Below, piece by piece: positions 41,300 through 54,728 of a stretch of DNA of 64,000 nucleotides. Origin of the DNA: Spironucleus salmonicida (lineage: Eukaryota); the NCBI RefSeq assembly GCF_000497125.1, contig NC_090602.1, forward strand, positions 434,001-498,000, given 5' to 3'. The position numbers and the translations under genes were made by a program. Position 1 is the stretch's first letter. Each line of letters opens with the position of its first letter. The notes under the pieces are model-generated. The model made no database searches and was not told the origin of the DNA. It saw only the letters and a program-made list of their open reading frames with translations.

Positions 41300-41846
41300 A
41301 TTTGTGCCATGTCAATCTCTAATATATTTTTACACTAAAATCGAATTATTAATTTCTATCGTTAAAGATAAAATAGTGAGTTATTATAGGATGTGTATCA
41401 TATTTCGTGTCAAATTTCCCGGATGATTAGTTTATGTTATCATAATTACTTTTACAAATAATAGTAAATATATTAAACAAAACTAGGGATTAAAAAAGCA
41501 TGTGAAAGATCTTATAATTAATACTATTAAAACTAACTATTCTTTATAGTTTATTAGTTAGTATGATGAAGCCTAAGAATATAGCTAGGTGATGACGTTA
41601 TACATTGCATTTCGTAATTTTATTTACAATATTTTATTAATTTATAATAGAATAAAACTAATATAACAACCAACAATATATACTAAATAATAAATATAAT
41701 TTATAGTTTCATGAGTAAACTATACAATTTATTTATACAATTTAATAAACAATTAATATTGTATATAATCACTGTTTTATTGTCTCTTTAATAATTTTTG
41801 ATTTATATTTATATAATATATAATTTTTTATTTTCCTCTTTCTATT

Positions 41847-43403
41847 ATGCCTTTTAAGTCAGAACACCTGAAGCCCAATACGGCATCTTTTATATACGCT
41901 TCACCATTCTTATTTTTTTCATTTTTGAATTGGAAATTTGACGAAATAGCAACAAACAATGCTCTACCATTTATACAAGATACTTTCAGCATTTCCAAGC
42001 CATTGGCACAATGGCTCTAGTCTGCTTATTTTATCGCCACAGCAGCCTTTGCTATCCCATTCAATAAACTTGGTGATATTTTTGGTCTTATTTTAATCTG
42101 CTAGATCTGTGCTTTTGCTATGGCGTTATTTTAGTTCCCATCTGCATTCCTAAATAATTTTTGGGCACTTTTAGTATTCAAGTTTGTATGCGGTGCTATA
42201 GCAGCGGGTGCAGTGGCTAATAGAAATGCCCTTCTCAGCAAATTTAATTATGAAAAATCACGAGAATTCATCGCTAATGCACTTATTGTAAATGGTGTGG
42301 CTGGTATTATTATTCCACTCATAGCAGGAGCAATCATTGACAAAAAGTGGCAGATGATATTCGTTTTTAGCGGTTTTTGCAGCCTCATCTCCTTTATACT
42401 TAGCCTCCAGTTCACCAATGTTGAGCGGTAAACCAACAAGCCAATTTTTGATATTTTCGGCTCTGTTCTGATCATTTTCGGTGTGGGTGGCCTCTGCGTA
42501 TCGCTGACGTTCCTAAGCCAAAAATAGTGGATACTCGCAGGTGTTTCGCTATTCGTTTTTGTTGCGGCAACGACGCTATTTTTCTTCCTAGAAAGCTCGC
42601 ATCCAGAGCCAGTTTTGCCTCTATTTTTGATGAAAAACCCTGTTGCAGAGCTGTCTATTTTGCACGTTTTGGGATTCATATGTTTCTCTGCGAACTAGTA
42701 CTTGCTTCCGCAGGTGTTCTCGCATTTAAACGCAAAATCGATTTTAACGGGTGGTGTACAGACGGCGAGCCAGATAACGAATGTTCTTACTGCGCTCGCA
42801 CAGAAGTTCATCGGCCAAAAAATTGTGAATCGTTACGCTCTTAATTTTTCGCTATTTGGGCTTTTGGTGTCATTGGTGTTATAGTCAGTTTTTGTTACTA
42901 ACGTGTATGCTTATGCTGTTTTTTACACATTCGCACAGACATTCAACACTCATTTGACCTAAGTTTATTATCCTATGTTGCTGCTTGCTGCACCAAAGAA
43001 ATATACACAACTTTTAGCTGGAATTCCAACTAGTGCACGAACAATAGGCAATTCGCTTAGTTACTGTTTTTTCAGTTACTTTCAAGAGCTCACTTTAGGC
43101 TTATTGCCTGGAGATTCAGAGAAAAAATTTTATGGTTCAATTGTAATGTGTTAAGTCGTAATAATGGTAATTGTTATTATTATGTTAATTATAGTAATTT
43201 TCAGAGTTGGAAATACACAATCGGAGTTTTAAAAATTAGGGTACAAGGAGAAATAGGTAAGAGAGCTGAATGTGGATGAAGATAAAGTTTAGCGTATCAG
43301 GGATACATATTTCTAAAAAAAGGTGTTGAAATAGTCGAAAAAACTATTGAAAACGTTTACATCAGATCATGAAAGCAGTGCAAATGTGTAACTTGAAATT
43401 TGA
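41847..43403 (+). CDS. MFS transporter, DHA2 (EmrB/QacA-like, 518 aa)
   Basis: DEIATNNALPFIQDTFSISKPLAQWLQSAYFIA...KLGDIFG; FDIFGSVL; EPVLPLFL; many TM helices. Confidence 0.9.
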
Positions 43404-43429
43404 AACAGTGTGTTAATAAAATTTTCACT

Positions 43430-44224
43430 TCATAATTTATTATTCTTTATCTTGGTTCAGCTGTTGCTCAAGAAAGTTTACGAAACCTAGTATTTTTTAA
43501 CATTATTAAAAATCACGCATCTAAAAGAACTCTTAGAAGAGTTCTAGTTACTCTTCTTTGATACATTTTACTTCCTAAATAAATTTGGATTTCAAATCAC
43601 CTTAATATGATGCTCTTTTTTCACCAATTTCCATTTGCTTAATTAAAATATTTTTGTCGAAAATCTATTTTTCCTTGAAATTATTCACCTCAAGAAGATA
43701 ATTCGCACGCTTGACATCATTTAAAAGTATTTTCTTTGCTTGCTGTAGAGATTAAAATTTTTATGGATCTGGATGTGATCCGTCTGGATGTGTTTATCGA
43801 AACAACTAATTTGATAGGTTTCGAATGACTTCTTTATCTACGTTATATTATACTGGAAGACCAAATTACTGAAAATGATTTACAATCATTTTTATACAAT
43901 TATAAAAGTTTATTTTTATATATATTAGTATAGATCTTGCAAATTTCAATATTTGAAATTATTTTTAATAGCCTTCAGGATCCTTCGATCCTGACTTGCG
44001 TATACTATATCTGTTTTTTATTTTCTAATAATAGGTGGTTTTGCAGAGATAGTGGATTTTTCTGCAGTAGCTGAATTCGGTGAGTTCGATATCTGGATTT
44101 GATTAGATTGATATATAAGTTTGCACTACTCATAGGTTATGTTATTTTGGCGGATTGGTGGTAGAATAGAAGAGAATTTGTGCTGTTAACTTGTTAATGT
44201 ATTAGGAAAATTACTTTTCTTCAT
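43430..44224 (-). CDS. hypothetical protein (264 aa)
   Basis: MKKSNFPNTL...; TGA immediately followed by AGTGA. Confidence 0.65.
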
Positions 44225-44335
44225 TTTTGAAAAATATTATTTATATAGAAGAATAAATATAAAGTAGATTTTTAGTAACGTAAAGTAAATATTATATTCT
44301 TATATAGTTAAAAATTAAAAACTGCCCTTTCTTTA

Positions 44336-44737
44336 ATGTCTCAAGAGTTAGTTCGTATTGATTTCTTGCGGAAATAAGTTGAATAACTATACAAAAAGCA
44401 GTCTTTAGATGAAATAAAACATAATATTAGAGAAATTTTAGGTAACTATGAGCGAAATAATACGTTGTAATAGCTAAAGTTAACAGATCTTAATAAAGAA
44501 GTTAATGTGTTTATAGGTTAAGAAGATTATAAGAAAAATCGATTTACCAGATTATTTGATGATTTTTCCGGTAAAGAAGAACTGATTGAACAAAATTTAT
44601 AGGAATTTGAAATTAAGGATTTCGATATAAATAATATCGAGGATTTATAGCTATAGGCAGATTTATTAGACGTCGATGCAGATATTGATACACAGCTGAG
44701 GAAAACGGGTGATATATAGGAAGATTAATTCGAATGA
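44336..44737 (+). CDS. acidic coiled-coil hypothetical protein (133 aa)
   Basis: MSQELVRIDFLRKQVEQL...EDQFE-TGA. Confidence 0.7.
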
Positions 44738-47150
44738 GCATATTTATCACTACAGCATTTCCAAAACTATTTCCACGTCCTAAGGTGATATTTTACCTTA
44801 ATGAATCAATATAAACTCAATTGCTTCTAAATAATTCTAATAATATGATTGTCCGCGTCTTACTAAGTTAAATAAGCAAATAAATCCAGATATACCTATA
44901 ATAAATTATATAATAGCTAAAGCTTCTTACTTTTTGAATATAGATAAAATCTGCCTTTAGCTCTAAGAAATACATGTATCTAAAACATGAGTAACTTACT
45001 ATAATAGTATATTATCTTCGTAAATACAATTATCGATAATATTTACAGCATCATGTTAATAGAAATACATCATTACCTGGTGTATCTTATTTTCAAACAT
45101 AAATTATATATTTTAATGTTTAGTGCAGTCATGAATAAATGATTGATGCAAATCATTATAACAAAGATTTGAAAAACTACTTAAATCATCAATATTCATT
45201 TCATATACTTTATATCTCAATAACTCGATATCACGTTTTGAAAATGTGATTTTTGAAAGTATAAGTTTAATAACATAAAATTTAGGAATTAATTCTTCAA
45301 ACTAGTCTCTATAGTTTAAATTAATTTAGTATTACGTGGTGAGTAAATGGTTTAATAAAATGCAAAGAAACCCTAGAATGATATAAACTATTAATATATA
45401 TATAAAAATCTTGAATTTTTTGAAAAAGTGTGTAGATAAGAATTTATTAGGAAATCCAGAAAATGATAAAATTCCATATATCAATATTATAACATACAAC
45501 AATACAATAGCGATGAAGTTAAGAGTAATATTATAATTGTGTTTGTTATGCAAATAAATTCCAGCTTCTGAAAGATAAGTCACGTAATTATTTAGTTTAT
45601 CTTACATAAGTTTAAGGATATCTCTAACCTTAATAAAGTCAGATTATTTGCATTTATCAAACCCTAAACGTTAAATATAAATACTGATACTTTAACCATT
45701 AATACTTAAATCATTTTATTATAATATGTGTAAAATACTACATTTAATTTCTTAGTAAGGGGATTTTAAGTTTAATACATTTTAAGAGAAGTATTTACTT
45801 GAAAGAATAGAAACAAGTTCTGATGGATATAAATTACCTAATAAATTAGCAAAAAGGCCTAGCTACTTCGAAATTTCTAAGATTTCTTCTACTTTTTTAA
45901 AATAATCCCCTTAGTTACATTAATCAAAATAAAAAACTAACTGTATTGTTATAATGACTAAATAAGAGATAGTCAAAAATAGTTTTGCTTTCATATTAAC
46001 TTTCATCAATAAAAATGATAACAAAATAATAAGTAGTATCATAATCTATTCTAAATTATAATAATTATAATTATAGTGTAGACTTAAATCATTATCTTTA
46101 ATAAATTTTTCTAAATGTTTATGGATACCGTTAAGTGAAATAGCTAAATGATTACGAGTGTCACGTCTAGGATTTAATAATTACATAGAACTTATATTAG
46201 TAAGCTCTGAAAAATATGAAGATGCACCTTATGTCACCTCAAAATCCGTGATACACTAAAAATTTTACTATTCAAATTAATTAGAATTATTAAATAACTG
46301 TGGAGATCTATTAGAAATCATCCACTCTTTCACATCTTATAATAGATGTAAAATAAAGCAACTTGCAATTTATTATGGCCCTCCTTAACCTTCGATTGCA
46401 AAATAACTTTAAATATCATCACTAAGGAAGGATTTTATCTCAAAATTAATTTATGTCATAATTAATTCAACTTCCTAGTTGGATAAAGTAAACTAATTAT
46501 CTTATAACATCGAATTATACGAACTCAGATTAATTAAATTATTATGCACCTTAACTATAGATGCTAAATCTTCTGTATAATACCAATCTTCTTAAGAAAA
46601 ATTTTAATTTTTTTTAATTTAGTATGCGATAAACTTTGATAAGTTAAAATTAAATGCTACTAAAAATATTAGTAAAAAGAAAAACATAACAATATATTAA
46701 TATATATTAATCTTTTAAATAACAGTTATTTTCTTCTTTGTGGTTAAATATAATCCTAATTGGTATAAGAAGAAACTTTTTTAGTACATAAAAGCTAGTA
46801 ACCACATAGCTGTACAAAATAATAAGGGATAAAAATTATAAACTGATAAAACAGATGATTTAAAGCGAAAAAATATTTAATTATACAAAATAGTTTTATC
46901 TTACCAATCTTAAATAATTTAAGATATAAAATTATTTACAACAAATTTTCCTAGCTACTTTTAAGATTTTAGTTAAAAACAATATTATTCATTAGATATA
47001 GCTGTTTATATAAAGTTGCTATTTCTGATTATTTTTTTAGGATATATTATATCTACATTTTCTAAAAAATATCTTTTTTTATTAACTAGGTTATACAATT
47101 ATTACAATGAAAAACTTTAGCTAGAAAGATTTTAATTAAATTTTCGATGA
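44734..47150 (+). pseudogene. probable decayed gene (frameshift plus in-frame TGA stops); 3' end undefined
   Basis: ORF 44734-45249, then a different frame open for ~300 codons to TGA 46149 and continuing in the same frame ~330 codons to TGA near 47148. Confidence 0.35.
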
Positions 47151-48862
47151 ATAAAAGCATCACATAAATATGAAGGCTCAATATTTTTTATATTACGGGT
47201 TTGTATAACTCTGTCATTTTACTACAATACAAAGAAAACTATTCCTGCAACACATTATAATGCAACAATTATATAAAAACCATACCATAAATGCTTTTAT
47301 GATTTTAGTTCACTTATAAAATATTACTTTATTTCTTTATATAAATTAGTCTTTTAATACTATACACTACTAAATATTGACGTAAAATCAGCGTGATTAG
47401 TAGTTACTAATTATGTTTAAGTAATACAATCATAGCTTGAAGATTCTTAAAAGTTTAATAATAATTGATTATTACGTAATAGAATCACGCTTTAATAGGA
47501 AATCTACTTACTTAGTTTAAAAGTATTGACAAACTAAATTAGTAATTAATGATAAACCTATGAATGATAATAGTGCTTCTATAAAAATTACAGTTATTTA
47601 ATAATTAATTTCATACAGCACACTTTATTATAAAATTTATCTAAACTTGGATATTCTTCATTAATATTTATAAGACTATACAAATATTAAACTTGCTTAA
47701 CCTTTTAACCAATAATTTGACAATCATACTATGCAAATAAAAGATTACTCTCTTACATGTTATTTGATATCTTGTTATATAAAATATTATCTAGAACTCC
47801 ATTAATATTAAAGTTTATAACTTTATAAAAATAGCCATTTTAACCATCTAAATTATCCATTGATATTTACTAAGAAAGTAATAATAAATCATTAAAATCC
47901 TTTTAATTGTGATTATTCATGAATTTATAATACTAATTCAATATTTTAAATAATAATATTTGGTGTTATTTTAAACAGCTTTCGTCATACTCTTCATTTT
48001 ATTAAATTGCCAATTTAACTGAGAGAACAGAATTAACTTGCCTAAACGAAAAAATATTTCTAATAAATGATAACATAAAATAAACGAAAATAAGGAACAC
48101 TAAACAGTTGGGCGTGAAAAGTTTAATTTATCTAGTACTTGCAAACTTTTAAAATATTTAAATAAAAGTATAAATAGATACTACGAAATCTTCATAAAAT
48201 GAATATCTGTTTTTCGAATAATAGTTCCATTATATTGATTTAAATATGATTAAGCAAAATCTAACTAATAAAATAAATATGAACATCTAATAAATTTATG
48301 TTATGATTCCTAACCCGATAAAAAAAATGTCATATATCTATTAGACTACTTTAAAGATAAATAATTAAGGCTGCATGTATATTTATAGTAAAAATACTGC
48401 AATATAAATAGATTTAACTGTAGTCATAATTAAAAATTGTATGAAAATAAGTAAAAAACTCTTACTTAACATGTTTATAAAGAAAACTGGCAAAGATGTA
48501 AATTAGAGACAAATAATAATATTAATGCATATTTTATACTTATACTAATTAAATCTAAGCAATAATAAAAATATAGAGACTAGAATAAGTTATATTATAC
48601 TTAACGTGATGCTTAAATATGTGAAAAAAATATTATGCTAAGTAACATTTGTTATACTTAGTGAGATAACTCCAAATAAAAATAGAGTATTGAATATTTT
48701 CTATGCTTTTTCGATAGGTTCTGATTAATTTTATAAAAAATATTTTCTGTTTAATTCAATTACTAATTTGAACATTATCAAAAAGAAGTAAAATATTTTA
48801 ATTATATAATAATAATATATTAAAAATATTAAATTATTATTAATATGTATCATACTAAATTA

Positions 48863-48877
48863 GGGCGGCTAGCTCAG

Positions 48878-48908
<31 letters not shown>

Positions 48909-48935
48909 CCCCGGGTTCGATTCCCGGGTTGTCCA
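48863..48935 (+). tRNA. tRNA-Ala(UGC)
   Basis: Cloverleaf: GGGCGGC/GTTGTCC acceptor with G3:U70, GCTC/GAGC D-stem, CGCGC-TT-TGC-AT-GCGCG anticodon arm, CCGGG-TTCGATT-CCCGG T arm, discriminator A. Confidence 0.97.
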
Positions 48936-49015
48936 AATTTATCAGATATTAAGGTAAATTTTTGCTTTAAATCTTAATCTTAGAAAAATATGAAAATAAA
49001 TATAGATAAAATTCT

Positions 49016-49603
49016 TCATTATCCAAGCCAACCCCAGTTTTTCTATTCTTATATAATATGCTTCATCTACTCTTCATTCTTTCTTAATTATACAACACTT
49101 GCCTATCTAGCCTCAGTTGCTTAGAATTTATAGAATTTATAGCTTTTTTCTCTATTTAATGAAATTCTTATTTCCTTTTCAGTTACCATAGTTTCTGGTT
49201 TATTTCTAGGTTCTATGAAGGAAAGCATATTATTGACCAGTGATATAGGAAATGTTGGAAGTGTATATGCGGTCATAAGATAGTTAGTAACATCTGGAAT
49301 AAATTTTTTTGATACAAAGATAACATCATTAATATATGACTCATACTACAATAGAGACTGTGCAGTTAAAGTTATTGTAGCAAATTTCGGTGGACGAGGA
49401 TAAAATGGCGAAAGATCTGGTATATCTTCTGTTTCATTGAAGTCAATGGATTTTACTGGTCCAAAATGGCTAAATATTTAATTTAATAGAATTTAAGAAG
49501 CAAAAATGGGCAGATTATATGCTTTAATACTCTTAGACCCAATCTTATCTGTAAATATATCACACACTTTATTATTAGAGATTCTTACTTTTAGGATCTT
49601 CAT
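49016..49603 (-). CDS. Rrp7-like ribosome biogenesis protein (195 aa)
   Basis: RRM-like AYNLPIF...IFSHFGPVKSIDF; C-terminal KFYKFQATEARQASVVQLRK resembles the Rrp7 tail. Confidence 0.6.
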
Positions 49604-49844
49604 ATAGAAGTGAAAATAATATAAGACACTATATAATGTATTTAAATATAATGATAAATTTAACTATATATTTTTATATATTATTATGAAGCATATATTT
49701 TTTCCAACTTCATTTAAGTAAATCATAAACGTATAGAATAAAAAAGGAATATTATTTTTGTGATTATTAAAATAAAATATAATAAATAAATTTTTAATTT
49801 TCATATAATATATACAATTAATATGCATTTCTTTCTCAATCAAA

Positions 49845-51527
49845 ATGAAGTCTACAACTTATTCATTTGCTCCAACAAATACTGATGCATAGTGTGCAGC
49901 TACAGCTCATGCATATTTGTAACGCTAATTAAATAACGAAGCAACATCTTGTACATTTCATGTTACACCATAATCATAATTTATTCATGATTTTTATGAC
50001 ATCAAAATTCCTGAAGAAATAAATGATGTATTCCCAAGAGCTAGGCATATTTTAGAAGAATCTACTGTTTATCTCAAGGACACTGATTCAGTAGCAAGAG
50101 TTTTAGAAGTATGTGCACTGTATAATAAGTAGTTCTATCCAGTTTTAAATAGTGAAGAAAAAGTATCTGGTGTGATAGGCATTAAAGATTTATTCTTAGC
50201 TCTTATGAATCCTAGGGAAGAAAAAGCTCTGACTTCAGTATAAACATCCATTTTAAATATAAACATTGCTTTAAAGGGCTATTAATCTAGAATTGCATAA
50301 GATGCAGATAAAATTAAGAATTATGAAATTTACACAATATGCTCTGATTTTCCGTCATTCTTAGAGGCATTTTCTGGTTTTTCTGACGAAGATTGGAAAA
50401 GAGGTATTTTTATTACTTCTAAAAATGAAGATATAAATTTCTATATTAAATAAAAACCAGCAGGTCTTTTAATTATTACAAAAAATTATGAAAAGCCTAT
50501 TAACTTAAATTTAGCGGAGGATGCACAAATAAAAGTTAAAGGCAATATTTAGCGTCATTTGTAGGACTCAGTATGTGATATTATCGAAACAGAGATGACT
50601 GCATAATCAGCAGCTCTTTTAGTTAAATAATCTAGTCCTATTATACTTTACTTAAGCAAAGATTAAAACGCAATTTGTTCTCACTTGGCCACTTTAGACG
50701 ACATAAAAAAGCGCTTATTAAGATATTAAAATTTACCTGGTGTTGTGGTAGTAGATGATAACTAGCGTATAAAAGGAACTATCAGTAGAGATTAGTTGGC
50801 AAGACAGAGCATTATTTAAATTCATTTAGTTGGAACTAATAATATGATTTCTAGTATTGACGGAATATAGTCTAGTGGTGTTGAGATATTAAGTATAACC
50901 GATAATCATCATTTGAATTAAATTGAAACTGATAGACCACTTACGATTTATTGTAGAAATGTATCTTCAACAAGCACATTAGTTACAGAGTAATTTTAAG
51001 AAATTGGCATTGTACCTCCTATTTCAATTGCAGGTTTATTGTTAGGTGGTATATTAACTGGTACGAGAGGGCTTACAAAAGCTACTGTATTAGATAAAAA
51101 GTGTTGTGATTACTTGTCATTAATTCTAGGAAAAGACTGGACAGAATTAAATACATAAATAATGCATGCTGTTTAATTTTCATTATCTAAAGAAGTCATA
51201 CTTTCTGACTGCAAAAGCTATGCTTGCAAAGATGGTAAGTTTAAAGTATCTCAAATTGAAATTTAGGATGTATAATGTCTTTAATCTACTTTTTGGGAGT
51301 AAGTTAAAGATATTCTAGGATAAGTTTAAGGAAAAGATGTATTTGCAGGATGTTTTGTAACAGACATGGCCAGAGAAGAAAGTATGTTAGTTATTACAGG
51401 GTCTTAAAAATATATTGACTGTATTACATATAAATTATATTAAGGAATAGATAGTGTTTTTGATTTAGGATCTGTCCTTAGTAGGAAAAAATAGTTGATT
51501 CCTACTCTGTAAGCGATGTTTGATTGA
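49845..51527 (+). CDS. family II (DHH/DHHA2) pyrophosphatase homologue with CBS-type insert and degenerate active site (560 aa)
   Basis: NTDAQCAATAHAY; CBS-like YPVLNSEEKVSGVIGIKDL and VVVDDNQRIKGTISRD; EILSITDNH; SSTSTLV; IAGLLLGGIL; VSQIE; VLSRKKQLIP. Confidence 0.85.
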
Positions 51528-51580
51528 GAACTAAACTTTTATATATTATATAAATATGTAGTAATATATTAATTTTAAAA

Positions 51581-52282
51581 ATGCGCGTAATAACGGCTTT
51601 GGAAGATTTACATATTACTTACTATAATGTAAAGACAATAAAAGATAAATTTATATCTAAGGGATAGAATATACCTCCTTTTGTTATAATATATGGTTAA
51701 ACTTATAATATTGATTAGGAATAAGCGGTTGATTTAATCAAGAAAAATAAAATCCAAGTTGATATATATGAGACTGTCGTATTTGAAGAAAAAGATGGAT
51801 CCAAAGTATATGACCCTAAGAACAATTATATTGCTCTTAAAGAAATAGATATAAAATATACTAAGGGCGAAGGTAAAATATTAAAGTTCCCATTTAGGCC
51901 AGATGAATGTATACCTCCATTTAGACTTTAAGTATATGTGAGGTAAGATTTAACAGAAGAAATAAATAAAGGTTATGTTAAACCAGAAAATATTATCGAA
52001 TTTATAGATCCAACAATGACAGTTGATAAGCTAGTTGAAGATTAAAAAGAAATATTATTGCAGACAATTCATCCATACGACGAATAAGCTAACTATCAGA
52101 CTGAAATGTTCCTAAAGATACCTTATTAATATGTGTCAAATAATAAACTTTATATATAATTAGTAGGGATTTATTCTAAAGAGTCTATTCCTCTTGAATT
52201 TGAAAATCATAATGTTTTCTTCAAAAGGTTAAGCTTACAAAAATTTATAAATAGAGGATAAGTAACTGAAGTATTAAAGTGA
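51581..52282 (+). CDS. hypothetical protein (233 aa)
   Basis: MRVITALEDLHITYY...; AGTGA stop. Confidence 0.7.
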
Positions 52283-52286
52283 GGGA

Positions 52287-53015
52287 TCATTCATTAGTCA
52301 CTCTAAATCTTTATAACTACCTACTCTCCATTTATTAAAAATCTATATTTTCATAACCTTTTTCGCTATGTATATCAGCAAATTTAAGGCCTTGGTCTCC
52401 ATATATATCAATTTTAGAAATAGTATTAAACTTACGTAATTAATCTAAAATTTAAGAATTTAGTTCAGAGTATTATACTTTTTAACTCGATGTATCATGT
52501 AAATTTCTTGATTGCAATAATGGAACTTTAATAATAGTTTAATCTGCTTTTTATAGTTCTTATTTTTCCATAACAACTGATAATTTAAGTTAATCTGATT
52601 TATTTTATATAGTTACCGGGCTTTAAATCGTAGAATCTGGTAAAACCACATTCGGTGTATCAATATTTTTTAATTGCTATTCTGCTAACTAGTCCTTACA
52701 ATATAAATGCTTGGAAATAGTACTATTTTAAAATGGACTTTTAGCACGTCTTAGATTTGAATTTAATGAAGAATCAGCATCATTAATTTTTTATTAAATT
52801 AATATTGCTATCTTTTATTCTTTTGTTAGCTATACTCTATGTTTTTTTTGGCTAAAGCCTGTTGATAATTACGGCTAGATTGGTTTACCATTTATATGAT
52901 TAGGTAATATCAGATTTTATTTGCTGTTAGCTTGAATAAGAACCATTTATTAGTCCTAAGTTTTATGTTAAAATTCTACCTAGGTTTAAACATTTTAGGT
53001 AAGACCTTACCCCAT
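52287..53015 (-). CDS. hypothetical Gln-rich protein (~242 aa; start could be 53039)
   Basis: ATG in frame with TGA at 52287. Confidence 0.55.
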
Positions 53016-53386
53016 TAATCGCGGATAAATAATAAACATATTATAATTATGTATAATATTTATTTATAGAAAGTGGTTAAATTATTTAGTAATTTGTATA
53101 GAAACCTAGGATTTAAAATATTTTGAGATCTTTACTATGTGTAGTTGTAAAATAAAAATTCAATAATAAAAATTTATTTATATAGAAAGTGTTATGGAAT
53201 TATTAATCTGAATGATATTATTTTATTTTTCATTTACTCTATACTTGATAATCGCTTATTTGGACATATAATGATTAACAGAGCTCTTATTATACTTTAG
53301 CATCATAAATAATAATTTATATAAGTATTTAATTATTATATAAATTAATTATTTCTATAATATGATTTTTACTTTCCTATTTATAA

Positions 53387-53623
53387 ATGCCTAAGTGCGC
53401 TTCTAAAAATACAACTAAGTCTGCAGATAAACCTTCCACCACTAAGCCTTCTAAATCTGTAGACAAATCGGAAACCAAAAGTACATTGTCACCTGCTCTC
53501 TAGAAAGCATAAGAAACTCGCAGAGCTAATGCTAATGCAAAGAAAGAGCAAAAGCTTAAACGCCAAGAAACCATGAAGCGTGTTGCAGCTACACGTTTAG
53601 CTAAAAGAGCTGACAAAAAGTGA
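53387..53623 (+). CDS. small Lys/Ala/Ser/Thr-rich basic protein (78 aa)
   Basis: MPKCASKNTTKSADKPSTTKPSK...KAQETRRANANAKKEQKLKRQETMKRVAATRLAKRADKK; AGTGA stop. Confidence 0.8.
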
Positions 53624-53944
53624 CGAATTTTATCTACACAAATTCTCAGATATATTTTAAAACCTCTTCTCTCTATATTTTAATAAATTTCTTAAGTATT
53701 ATTATATAATAATATTTACTAAAATAATTTTGATTGAGAAAATTTACTATAAGTTTAAACTTTATTTATAACTATATTTATAATCTAAATTCTACTAAAT
53801 ATATTCTAATCTTTAAATTATAGTAACAAAAAAAGGTTAATTCATAAGAAATTTGAAAATTAATACACTAAATGACTTTTACATTTATATGATAATGTTA
53901 TATAGATCAGGGAATATAAAATTAATAATAAATCTATTAAAATT

Positions 53945-54613
53945 GGTTGAGCTCAGGCAGAGCACCTTAACCTAGCACGCGGTCTGGACTGGTTTTTTGG
54001 TGATAACCACGTCAACGGCGTCCGGAATGTCTGGTGCACCGTAGAAAGTGACCTGGTAGCCGTCGGCAAAAACCTACGAAGATGCTATGCCGTATTTGAG
54101 GAGGAACTCTGCATTCTTGTAGTAGTTTACGCCGTGGATGCCCACTTTGCCCTTGAAGCCGTACAGGATTGCGAGCGCTGCGATGGCCGTTGGCTCGGTG
54201 AACTACGTCCAGGTTGTGTTGAACTACCGCATAAGGACCATCTTGGCACACGCCTCGGCCGCTGACTTTGGGGAGTCCGGTACCGCTTCAGAGATGACCT
54301 GGCGCGGTCGCAGCTCGAAGTCGGCGTCCAGAGCCGCATAGCAGTCACCGGACCAGAACCTAAAGTGCCCGACCCGCTGGCCGCCACGCTGGAGGACCGA
54401 AACTGGCTGGCCGTCGAACTTCGTCTTCTGGGCGCCCAGAAACTGCGCCAGGAGCGAGGGGAACAGGGCCTGGAGCTGGCCCGCGGGGACCCAGCAGGGC
54501 CAGCAGGGCGAGTCGGCGAAGACCAGGAACTCGTGCTGCGGCTGGAACCTCTGCTGCAACACGGTGGGGAGTACGCTGGGGAGCAGCGAGCACTGGGGAT
54601 ATGGAGAGTCCAT
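53945..54613 (-). CDS. GC-rich hypothetical protein, weak THUMP/methyltransferase-like pattern; 3' end unresolved
   Basis: ATG 54613 with CCACTCC upstream; strong GC3 codon bias down to ~53945; first in-frame TGA only at 53489. Confidence 0.6.
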
Positions 54614-54728
54614 TCGTGAAGCGGAGTGGAGGGGGTCCGCACATCAGGATATAATAGGGGGCCTGGCGCGGCAGATGGCTCGCTGGGCAAATAGTATATA
54701 GTATCCGATAGTTCTGCGAACCACGCAA

